NCBI GenBank assembly: GCA_973895155.1
Contig: OZ316899.1
Coordinates: 2,997,455-3,061,454, forward strand
Length of the DNA stretch: 64,000 nucleotides
Origin: Marsupella aquatica
Taxonomy: Eukaryota > Plantae > Marchantiophyta
Direction of reading: 5' to 3'
The notes beneath the pieces are model-generated. The model ran no database searches. It worked only from the letters and a program-made list of their open reading frames with translations, and was not told where the DNA came from. Positions 1 to 10,944 of the stretch are shown here, piece by piece (within the stretch, counting starts at the first letter, position 1; every line of letters begins with the position of its first letter). Both the position numbers and the translations under genes were made by a program.

Positions 1-553
1 TTGCAGATGCCGAACTTCCCTTGCGCTTCATCTCTTCAATACCTGAATACTCCCCAAGAATAGCTTCCTTAGTCCACTTCGCAGTGTGACCCTTCAATTC
101 TGAAAGTGGTTGCCCTGCGTTCTTGATTGCCTCCCTAATCCCCACGACCTTATTCTCCTGAATTAGCAATTTGTCAAGCTCCACACTGGTGGGTGTCCAC
201 GAGAACTTTTCCAACACCTCCTCCATATCTACAAATGCCGTTTTGTGAATTCCCCACAATCACTCCGCTCGTTCTCTAGCTACGCGCTCCGGCTCAACGT
301 CTTCATACGTAGGTATCAGCTGCCTTGCTTCTTCAAGCAAACAGCCCCAAAACTTCCCTGCCTGATTCACCGTGTTCATTCCACCGAATGCCAAGAACTT
401 GTGCAATCTCCCAATCCACCACATGCACTCAACTGACAGTCGCTCCTCAATGTCGAGACCGTGTACACGAGGATGCAAAATGGCAGAGTATTGGTCTCCT
501 CACTCTGAAGCCGCCACTTAGTGGTCTTTGTGATCAAGCATGGATTAGGTCAT
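1..553 (-). mobile_element. Element D, left part: decayed relative of unit C (N-terminal part of the LTR-borne accessory ORF), split by insertion A
   Basis: 1-553 aligns by eye to 20578-21138 of C (ttgcagatgccgaac...gtgatcaagc..gattaggtcataac). It encodes the same GGMNTVNQAGKFWGCLLEEARQLIPTYED motif, with frameshift damage upstream. Confidence 0.85.
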
Positions 554-558
554 AACTC

Positions 559-3500
559 TGTGATGCCTAGCCAGGAACCATTAGGCCAGTTTAAATAGTA
601 AAATCATGAGTGTACCCTAGGAAACACCTTAGTATAGTAACAAAAATAGGGAAATATAAACAATTAAGGGTGACTATGGAACCCAAGCCAAGGCCAAAAG
701 TAAGGACGCCGAGGGAGGGAACACGATTAGGGTTAGGGTGCGCTAAGTACCGGCGGCTATGGGTAACCAACGGGAAGGAAGACCAGCCAAGGGGGGGGGG
801 GGTAAGGACCGAGCGCAAGGAATGGCGGCTCATTTGCAAACACAAGCCAAGCGGACGACTACGGGAGGCCAACTACTGTCCGCTGCTCAGGCAAGCACTC
901 GAGGTGGAAGCAGATACCGACAATCAACTCAAGAAGGGTATGAGCAACGTCAATCAAGCTGCTCATTTTTGGGGATGCCTGTTAGAACGGGCAACTGAGT
1001 ACATTGGGACCTAGGAGGACGAAGAATCAGAGAGAGCAGTTTGAGAACGGCAGGAGCTCGCTCGGCTGTGGGAGCTGCAGAAGTCTGCTTTCTCAGGAGG
1101 AGAACTCATTACGACTGAATTCTTGTGGATGCCTACTGCCGACGAACTTGACGATCTTCTGTTTTGTGAGAACAGAATAGTCGGCATCCGGGAGGCCATC
1201 AACCGCTGCAACGACATACATTGGGAGTTGAAGGGTAGCACGGAGGGGTGGACAAAGGCAACCGTGCTAGGAGAAACATCCACGGCAGCCGCTATGAAGA
1301 GGAAAGGGAACAACAACAAAGAAGCCACCCCTGCGAAAAGAACAAGGTCGGCGGCACCCAGGAAACCAATAGAGCAGGGAAGCAGGAGGCAGGCAAAAGC
1401 CAAAGAGGAGGAGGTCAACCCCGTCAATGCCGTTCCAACAAGAGATGACACCTGGAAAGGCTGGGCGGCGACCCTCCCCGAGGAGGTGCAATTACACTTT
1501 GCACGGGAGGAGGATGCATGCTTTATGGCTATGCAGACTCGAAAATACCAAGGTTTTATGGCCGGATCCGGCTTGCAAGCCTTCGTAAAGTTACCATGGC
1601 TAAAGCCGGAGGTGCCGGATTCAAACTTACTAGAATTCGTGGGATCATGGGAGCCCAAGACCAATTCCACAAGGGTGTATGGGAAGGATTTCTATCTCAC
1701 TCCCCGGGTGATTGCCGAAGTGTTTGGCTTGCCGATGGGCAATAAGACCAAAGTAGATATGAGGAAGAACTTGCCAGACAGGGAGTTCCGATCATTTCCA
1801 GGGCCATCAACAAAGAATGGCTTCTTCCGAAACACCTGCACCAACCCGCACATAGGAGAAATGATTGATTTCTTGCGGGTAACCATGCATTGTAACTTGC
1901 CGAGGGCAGAGATCGGCAAGGCACGGGTCTATCTGGTGGAGAGGCCAGACCCAAGCCGAGACTACAACGGGTACCTCCTCACCCAACTAAAGAAGATCTT
2001 GAAGGAGGAACAACTGGTGATCGGCATGGGAAGCGTGTCCCGGCTTGGTTATCATATGCCGTTGTTGTGCCAGTATGCCCCAAGTCAGATATTCGCCCCT
2101 GTACTGCCCCTGCAGGCAAGAGCACCAGAGGAGGTTTCGGAACCGAGGCCGACAACAGAGAAACCGACCCAGCCCGATAGTCCTACAATCGAGCAGGTGT
2201 TTAGGCTGAGGAAGGAGGACTTGTCGATGCAGCAACCAGGCATGCAGAATCTGCTGAAATTGCTGGAGAAGGAAAGGAGAACGACAACGGCAACGGGACC
2301 GGTACAGAATACTGCTCCCGAAGTTGGCCTTAGCCAACTTACCAGGGAAAACCCCTTTACCGGGGTCAAGGAGAGAAGGAGGCAGGAACACGAGCCGAGA
2401 GTCCAAATGTATGTAGGAGCTTCAAGTCCCGAAGCCGAGAAAAAGCAGCCCGAGGCTCCTAATCCTGACAGGGAGAAGATGAGATCAACGTGGAAGCCAG
2501 AGAAACCAGGACCCGTGATCTCTGAGGCCGTGTTCACGGCAAGACCAGGACAGGAGCGAGGGGAGCTGGTAGTCCAAGCCGAGGAGGAGGCAGTAGAAGG
2601 CTACAACAATGATGACTCCGACTATGGGTCGGACCATCATGTTCCAGGAATAAGGACCTGTGGCAAGTTTATCCCCACTCTTCCAAGAGTAGTTCGAGGG
2701 GACCCAACCCAGCAGAGCAGCCCCGAGTCTCCCCCACCAGATGTCGCTCCCCCAAGCTTTGACGGCATAAAACAGACGGCACAAGAGTTTCAGGAATGAC
2801 TCAGGGAGGAAGAAGAGGCAGCCCTGGCTAGGGAGAAGCATTTACCAGGAGGAGAATGGCCAGAGGACATCAGGCGGCTTGCAGAAAAATGAAGCAGCCC
2901 GCCAGCCATGATAGAAGAAATTTGCAAGGCGGCTTGGGAACAAAGGCCACGGTGGATGATGCAGATGACTTCTACTCACTCCGCCTATGCTAAAGAACGA
3001 GCCATGGAGTACAAGGAGATGTGTGGCATCTTTGGGGAGGAGTTGGAGAAGGGACCTTTTTTCCAGAGGGAAATGTTGGAGAAGCGCCGATTAGAAGAAG
3101 CGGTGGCTTTGGAGAGAAGCAAGAAGGACAAGGTCATCCGTCGGCTTAGGGCAAGGGAAGCCAAGGTAGAAGACCTGAAGGCGGGCAAGAAAGCCCAAGA
3201 TGAGCTGCGGATTAAGCGGCATGAGCTCAACATCATGCAGGGGCAATTGGATACCGCGCAGTCTGATAATCAGATTATCAAGGATAAACTGACTCGGACC
3301 CAAGGTGAGCTGGCCGATTCGGTCAAGGAAAAGGAGAAGTGGAAGCGAGAGCTGAGAGACGCAGAGGAGGCCCACATAGCAGCCAACAATCGGGCCATGG
3401 TGGAAACTCAGAGAAGGGAAAGGTCGCTGAAGGGGGAACTCGAGGATATCTGCGGAGCCCTTGAGCAGAAGGAGGCTGAGTTAGGGAAATCCTATTAGGC

Positions 3501-5241
3501 AATTATCGTGCTGCGGCAGGAGCTTGCATCCATGACGGCCAGCTTCAAGGCCGACCTCCGCGAGAAAGACGACCAGCTCGACCAGACTTATGCCAAGATG
3601 AATAAAATGGAGTCTGAGGTCGTTACGGAGCTCGACAAGGAGCTGAGAGCAACCCAAGAGGAGAGGGCTACCTTAAAGGAGGAGTTGGAGGAAGCCCAGA
3701 AGGAGCGGGAGGAGGCACGCAAGGACCTGGACAAATTGCAGGAGGAGTTGGAGGAAAGCACGCGGAAGATGGAGAACTTACAGCGGCGAGCCGACAACCA
3801 AACGGAGCGGCTGAAGAAATAGGCCGCAGTATTTAAGTGCTTGGCTTCCTCAGGTCCAACTCCAATTGGGGCAACCAAGTTACCAGGAGTAGTACTGGCC
3901 GAAGGACAAGCCGAGACACTCGCACCGGTGCCGGAGGTAAGTGGCAAGGGGAAGGGGCCAACTGCCGAACCAAAGAAGAAGAAGAAGCGGAAACCTTTTG
4001 GGTCAGGGAGTAATACGGCGCCTCGAGCCGTTGTGAGCAAGGAGGTAAACCCAGCACCAACCTTAGGCAGGGTCACGGCAAAGGATCCAACTGCCCTAGA
4101 AGGCGGGGATGGCAAAGCCGAGGCCAAGATACTCGGTGATGAAGCCAGGATACCGGATCCACCACTAGAACATGTCGGGGAGGCCGTGGCCGATGCTGAG
4201 GCCAAAGCCGAGGGTGGACCCAGTCAGGCCGATAAAGAGTTGACTCGGTCTGGAGCAGGTAATCTGTCAGAGGACGGACCTACGGTAGTGGCTGCGGAGG
4301 AAGTGTTGGGGGCGTCCATTGAGGACCAGACACCGCTGCCATGACAGTGGTGGAGGGCCGTTCCTTTTAAGGAGGGCGGACGTGGAGGGAGGAGGCGTGA
4401 GTGGGCAGGGCGGGCTCAGATCTCCAAGTTTAGAATTAGGATCAGGACCAAGGGGCGGCCCTGACACTTAGCTTAGTGGGATTGCGGATCCACTAGTAAG
4501 AGCAACACTTGTGCTCCTGCCTCGCTGTACATAGGTAGATTACAGTTAGGGGTAGATTACAGTAGGGTAGATTAGGCTTACACTGCAAGGAATTAGGCGG
4601 ATCCACTACCAGGATAAGTACCTGGGCAGCGGGGAGTTGAGGGTCCTCTTCCTTAGCAAGTTTTTAGTGCACCAGCAGGGCTGGGATCAAGTAGTTAAAG
4701 AAGCTCTCGGTTAGTTCATGTTTCCTCATACCTAAGAGATGAATAGAGTTGGCCTCACGGCTTAGTTTGCAGATCTTGTATATGAGAAGTACTGTTTGTA
4801 TGGCAAGTGCATGGTATAACTCAGTCCGAAGGAGTCATTTTGCTATTTGTGTGTCGCATGAACTTGTTTGAAGATTGCCCACATCAACCAAGAAGGGAGA
4901 GTAAGCAAGGTAGTAAGAGTTGGATGTGTCGAGCTGAGAGAGGTCTTAGCGGCTTACCCAAGCCAGTTGGGGATCATTCCGGCGGTGGAATCCAAACATA
5001 CCTAAAGGGAAACCAAGAGAGGAGGACAAGGGAAGGCCTAGAATAGGTCGGCTACGTATCTCATGACCTGATGAAGGATCTGTCCAGTATATGTGAGTAA
5101 AATGTTAAATAGTAGTAGAAGGAAGTTAGCAGCGTCCCATGCCATTAAGCCGCAAAATCGGCCTCGCCAAGAGCAAAACTTGCGGGAATCGGCTTGTGCA
5201 GAGGGGTTTCTTGGGTTTAGGGAGCCATGGGACGCACCACA
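559..5241 (+). mobile_element. Unit A: 4683-bp solo-LTR-like element with an internal long ORF
   Basis: Starts TGTGATGC and ends GCACCACA (imperfect 8-bp inverted termini). Perfect 5-bp TSD AACTC at 554-558 and 5242-5246. Colinear with 58977-63632. No RT, integrase, PBS or PPT. Confidence 0.9.
676..4344 (+). pseudogene. LTR-borne accessory ORF of A (~1222 codons; PMD/plant-transposon-like domain, coiled coil, acidic tail); 5 in-frame stops, no frameshift
   Basis: ORF-track pieces 610-1014, 1123-2799, 2908-3498, 3508-3822 and 3841-4344 are all in one frame. Stops at 1012, 2797, 2890, 3496 and 3820. Homologous to the ORFs of B and C. Domain name is inferred from motif style (GLQAFVKLPW...LLEFVGSW...LTPRVIAEVFGLP). 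Confidence 0.85.
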
Positions 5242-5246
5242 AACTC

Positions 5247-5397
5247 AAATCCCGCCGGATCTCAACCATTGGATCCTTTCCCTTATCATCTAACACGTAG
5301 TAATCGGCATCGGTCTTTATTGTTACCTTATACTCTGTATTCATCCTTATTTAGCCATTATTTTAGGCTTAATTATTCTTTGTGATCCCAAAATGAG
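5247..5397 (-). mobile_element. Element D, right part (near its 5' terminus), truncated by F
   Basis: Shares tatttagccattattttaggcttaa and gtgatcc with 21239-21281 of C. Joins to 553 once A and one TSD copy are removed. Confidence 0.8.
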
Positions 5398-7666
5398 TGT
5401 AACGCAAAATCCGGAAATGGATTAATTTCCGGGTCTACTACTAAATCCGGATTTAGATCCTAACCGGATCCGGAAATGCTAACTCTAGCTAACTAATCTG
5501 AAAATTGCTAAGCTACTGTGGAATCATCTTCTATCTCTACTCTAAATGGTTCACGTGCAATATCAACTGGACTAACTGGCTTCTAGGAAGGAGGTGTCCC
5601 TAAACTCGTAGTAGCCTCCAGGTCCTTCAAATCAAAGGGTGAGCCGCGTGCTGGGCTGATGGTCGAAGGTGACACTGACGGAAAGCGAAACTCAACCTTC
5701 TCAAATCCGGGTGGAGTGCCTTCTGGTTCGGTTTCATCTCGGAGCACCAGAGACGTTCCGGATTCCGGGATTTGGATTCTGGCAGGGGTCAACATGGACT
5801 TCGCATCCAAAATCGCTTTCTCCATTTGCTCAAATGCTCCCGTGATCTTCTTGGCAAAGCGGTTATTGCACTCAATAACCTTGGCAAGGGTGTCTGGTTT
5901 GGCTGTTGCCAAATACTTATCGATCAAGTTGGCTTCCAACAAGTCCATGGCCGGATCTGGAGATGGTCCTCCAACTTCTTCTGGGCCACATCCAACTGGT
6001 CTACCAAGGAATCAATCTTCCTTCTGTCCCTGTCTGCCTGGTCCTCCAAGTCCCAGATCTTCTTCTTGGCCTGACTTTTAATCACCATATCTAGAGTTGA
6101 AATGATGACAACCGGACTACAGTTGAGCATCTCAGGAACCTTCCCAACCAGATCCTCAAGCTGTTTAACCTTTCCGGTTGCACTCTCCACAAACGTCCGG
6201 ACATGTTCCAACTCTGCCAAGGCAGTCCACTTGGAACTGGGGGTAACACCCAAAAGACTCCCTCTACTTTCTGGTCTACAGACAGGTTTCGGATCTGCAA
6301 CTGGATCCGGTTCTAGACTTTGTACCAATCTCTTCTGGGTCCTGGGAGGTCGCACTTCCACAACTGGCTCTTCTTCTGATTTAGTCCCCTCTGATTGTTG
6401 CCGGTCCGGATCTCCTAGCTGAGCCAACATTACTTGATTCTCATACTCCTCCGCTTCTTCATCTGTAAGTATCCGGTCCATCGAGTAAAGATTGGCCAGA
6501 TAGCAAGAAAGGGATGTGGGGGTCTTCAAATGAAGATTCCGGACCTCCTTGGCTATAACTTCCTCCAAAACTTTGGCCCAGGAAATCTTCTTCTCTCTTA
6601 TGTAAGAAGCAGCGATCGTGTTCCCAATCCGGATTGTAACCCGTTGAGGCTTGGCAGGGGAGAGAATTGGTAGCAGAAAAGACACAACGTCAAAAAACTC
6701 CTCATTACGGCACGGGACACCTTCCATCCATCTTTCGGATCGACTTCTCCATCAAAGTAGTTATTAGCAAAGTTGTTCTTAGAGGTCAAAAGGCCTTCTC
6801 CCTCCAAAGGCACATCCAAAAGCGACGACATAATTGCCGCGGTCCACTTTTCCGGTTTGGCTCTAATCGAATCCAGAAATTCCGGAATTAGAGTGGAACG
6901 GTTCCGGACCTCCTTGATGAATATGGCGCTCTGGTAACCCCAGGGGAACTCCATCAACTTTGCGCATCCCATGGCCTCAAGGTTCTTCTGTAAACGATCC
7001 CTTCTCTCTTGATCTGAAGGTATCTTCGGTCGCAATGGCTTCTCGTTAACAATTATTGTTCGCTCTTTTGTAGACCTCTTTGGTAAGGTCCGGATTTTGG
7101 ATTTTCCCGGGGAGAAATCCGGATTCTCTCTCTTCACCATGATGAGCAATGGAGATAAAGAAAACAAATTCCAAACCCTAGTGAAATTCCAGAATTCCTA
7201 TCATGAGTCTCAAATCCGGAACTCAGAAGCTGCGTCTTCTCTTCCCCACTCAAGCAAACGATCACCACTTCCCCCATCACCAACTTCCTCACGACTAATG
7301 CCTTGAATCGGCAGCCTCGTCCGGCTCTAGACTCTCCTGTAGTTTCTTGCAAGAGATTTCAACAGCAGTTCGGTGGTGTGAGGAATGCCCGGTCTATAGT
7401 GGCCTTAAGAACTCGGTCACCAACTTTTGGTATCCGTCCGGATGTTAAACTTATGGTTTTAGTCGTCATTCCCATACGCCTCCTCTCGCGGTGCAATTGT
7501 ACCGGTATTTGCAAGACGTTCCGAAAAGAGTGGTATCCGGATATTTCCGGATTTTGTACTGAAAACTAGACTTTGTAGTCATTTCTAGGTTTATTATACT
7601 TCATTAGCCCAGTAATGAGCAATTTATTTTTTAAATTCACTTTTATTGTAACCCAAGTTAACTAGA
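5398..7666. mobile_element. Element F: fragment of an LTR-type element starting TGTAAC, with a minus-strand accessory ORF and 16 TCCGGA sites
   Basis: Homology to C/D stops abruptly at TGTAACGC (5398). The other end is cut at the presumed start of E. Confidence 0.6.
5583..7167 (-). pseudogene. Frameshifted accessory ORF of F (PMD-like domain and short coiled coil)
   Basis: Overlapping pieces 6598-7167, 5924-6727 and 5583-5948 read as one protein. Motifs MGCAKLMEFPW, IRAKPEKWT, YFDGEVDPKDGWKVS and ISWAKV parallel the ORF at 56688-58976. Confidence 0.75.
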
Positions 7667-7762
7667 TGTGACATCGCCGGTACGGTGGCTAATAAATGAT
7701 TTGGCCTAACCACGCTTAGCATGCGCAGTAGAGGTATCTTAGGCCGTAATTATTAGCATAAC

Positions 7763-9630
7763 TGAAATGTTACATTTTAGCCAGTTAAGATTAGTAGCAA
7801 TTAAGCTAATAGTTGAGTTATAGTTAAGTAGAAATCAAGACTTTAAAGCCTTCACAGTGTTAACCCTAGAAACCTCTAGACAAACTTCATTTTTCTAGTC
7901 GAGGTTCAGTTTTTGTGATATAGCGACAACTTTACGGAGATGGAGCAATCTGGAGTCCTTTGTCTGATTGGAGTAACCATTGAAGCTATTTGGGGCATGC
8001 ATGGTAGCGAGCTAGTTTATGAAGGATGTGATATTCCCTTGGAAGATGGGAAAATGTGTGCTTTAGGTCCAAATGCTCGCAGAGCTAGAATGAATAGAGA
8101 ACACCAGGATGTAGGGTCGTCGAATCAGAAGTGAATCAATCATTTTTGTAGAACGGTTGGATCAGGCCAACACCTATACAATTTCTTTGTGCAAATCAAC
8201 ACTGTTGTGTATCAAGTATGGGAAGAAGTTGGATGTCAATTGTTTGGAGTGCCTGGTCATGAATTTCACAAGCAACTTGGAACCCAGTAGAGAGACCGTC
8301 ACTGTGTAATGAATGAGTTTTGGGTAGTGAGAATTGCAGAGAATCGTAGCAAGAGTACTCAACAGATACTGGGATTCCAGAGAATGAGGACTCACCCCAC
8401 ATACCGGCGATCAGAAGCAAGAGTCAGTGAAACGCCAGTAGAACCGGTGGAGGTAGCCATTCAAGCGCTTAACGTTGGAGCCACCGAACCAAAGGACAAA
8501 CTTTCGACTGTCGTTCCAAAGAACGATTAACCAAAAGACAACCAGTTAAGAGATGCACAATCCAGTAGCGAGTAACAGTTAATAGTTACTGTGACAAGTA
8601 ACAATTAACCTGTGCCTTTAGTAGAATAAAGCGGTTAGAAAAACTGAATAAGCAGTTTGACAGTTACAACTGCTAATTGTTAGAGTAAGTTGGGCAAACT
8701 TTCCCGTAGCAGAAATATAGGGTAGCAAAGTAGGAATGGGAGAGGTCTTTTGTTGTGGAAACTTTCAGGATCAGGAAGCTCGAGAGGCAGCCCAGGAGGA
8801 GGTAGTGCCGGATGCTAGATCTGGAGGTAGATGGAAGCCCATGCAAGAAAAACCATGTCAAGAAATTGATGTGAAAGATGCAATCAAGGCCTATTGGCAG
8901 GAATTCAAGGAGCATTCGATTGCATAGCTTGTATTTGTTGTATGTCAGTAGAATCAAGACTAAGAAATTGATATTGAAAAAGAGATGGCTGGAAATATTA
9001 ACCTTTGACAATGGAGAATTCATTTGGATTTGGTTGGAACCTGTAAAAGGAAATATCAGAATAGTATGGCATGTGGTGATTGAGATTACAAACAGTTAAA
9101 GGAATCCTTGCCAAAGTGAAATGTTGAGTAATGGATAAGAGGCAACTTCTGAGTGAGACCCAGAGTAGGTAACATGGAATTAGCTACCTCTGATTGGTCG
9201 TTTAAATTGGAACACATCCCATTTGGGCTACAAAATGCCCCAAATGAATGTAAAGCCCTGATTGAGAGTTGGGTGAGAATTATTAGGCAGGAAGAAGAAG
9301 AGTCAATGTCTGAGGAACTTTCTACAATGGGTTTGGAAATCCTATTTGAAGAAACCTTAACTGAAAGGGAAAAGGGAAATTGACATTCAATTCAAATAAC
9401 AGGCAGAAGATCAAACTAAGATAGTTAGATCACTGTCTCGAGTAATCGTACAGGTCATCATTAATGGTTTGACAAAAAGGTTAAATGGTAGATGACAAGT
9501 GAATGAGAAATTGGATCAATTGAAGCCGTATGATGTTTAATTGATACAAAGAAGGATAGAGGAGGAGTTAGGAGTTCCGGAGGAGGGTTAACTCCAAGAG
9601 TTGGCAACCAGTCAACTTCAGCGGTTAACA
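7763..9630 (+). repeat. H 5' LTR (1868 bp)
   Basis: TGAAATGTTACATTTTAGCC...GCGGTTAACA, a direct repeat of 36040-37909 with scattered substitutions. Confidence 0.95.
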
Positions 9631-9650
9631 TTTTTGGCGACCATACTGGG
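9631..9650 (+). promoter_or_regulatory. H primer-binding site
   Basis: TTTTTGGCGACCATACTGGG immediately after the LTR end; a TGGCG core is typical of Athila/Tat-like Gypsy PBS. tRNA not assigned. Confidence 0.75.
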
Positions 9651-10944
9651 GAAAGCCGATTAAGGATTCTCGGAAGGAGAAAGCTACTGATACTTGTAGC
9701 CCAAACCAAAATCAAGAAATGGAATTCAGAGAAAGAAAGTACAACAGACAGTCGTAATGGAATCAAGAAATGAATTATGGACTTTATTTTGCTTTAGTGA
9801 GGCTAGTGAATTACCGGTGATAAGTTCTTTGAGCGAAGTGGAATACAAAGCCTTGAACAAAGGGGAGACGAGGTTAGAAGGAGGAGAGGTGATCTTGTTG
9901 ATACATAATTCTCCTACTTATACGGAATTAACTATGAAAGAGTTGCAGGAAGGAATTTGGAGACCAGTTAGACAGGCCAGATACAAGAAAGAGGAAAGAA
10001 ATCAAGTTGTGTCGAGCCAGCAAGATGAGGAACGATTCAAGAAAGGGGCCGTGTGTCCCAGTGAGGCCACCCAGCAAGAGTATGGAACTAGAAAAGATTT
10101 TAGTTGTATGTTTGTGGCAGAGGTCAGAATACCCAGCACCGGTGGCGTTGCAGATTGGACGAGTGCTGAGGCGATTGCAGAAGAAATTGAGAGAGAACAC
10201 CACCAATGAGGACGGGAGCCTGTTCTGGAGCAGAGAGGAAGTGTTTGATTATAATATGTTAAAGGAGCTGCTGTGGTTATGCAAAACTCAGCTGATGCTA
10301 CCAGAGAACTGCACTCCAACGTTGAGTGAATAAGGAGCAGAGGTGATTAGTCGGAAAAAGGTAGTTTGACGGAGCTGTTGTTTTGCGAAGTAGAACAGTA
10401 AGTCAGAATGCTAAATTTAATAGTATCTCAAAGTTGCGGAAGAGTTCTGTCCCACTAAGGATGGTAACTGTTAGTAAAAACTATTTATATCTGTTATAGT
10501 AGTCATGAGGTTCTCCACTATGGGAAGAACGGAGCTTATGAAAAGTTTTCAGTTGGAACTGTGGATTACTCATCGTGAAATATATATAGTTATTAAGGAT
10601 TCGAAGAGAAAGTATCGACCAGTTGTGGTGGGGGTATTCGATGAATGGAATAGTGTAGCCACAACTTTATACAAGAAAAGTATAGTTAGGTGCGCAGCAG
10701 AGGAAGTGTTGGACGCATCCCAAACCTAACCTAAATTAGGTGTCGGAAAAGAGAAATTGAATTACTTGTTAACAGAATGACAAGGAATTTTAAGAAAGAA
10801 ATAGTATACCTTGTGGAAATTGAAATTAACTGTGTGCAAGTATAAAGTGGAATGGGTAATTACACCTAGAAGAGGCAAGAAATGAAAATAGACTGTTGAT
10901 AAGTTAGAATTTGATCAATTAATCATGCATTGGTATAACGAGGA

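Noticed and set aside
2797-3822. In-frame TAG/TGA codons as programmed read-through or recoding
   Set aside because: Positions differ between copies and are sense codons in B; most fit C-to-T or G-to-A decay of methylated TE DNA.
1011-4205. Many 60-220-aa ORFs antisense to the long ORFs (here and in B, C, E and the pol regions)
   Set aside because: These are shadow frames of purine-biased coding strands, with Ser/Leu/Phe-rich composition and no motifs.
559-5241. Units A-C as Ginger/Maverick-type DNA transposons
   Set aside because: There are no long TIRs and no integrase or DDE motif in the ORF; only 8-bp imperfect terminal inverted matches typical of LTRs.
5398-7560. F as a TIR element (CAAAATCCGGAAAT at 5405 versus ATTTCCGGATTTTG at ~7543)
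   Set aside because: The match is internal, has no flanking TSD and is explained by the repeated palindromic TCCGGA motif.
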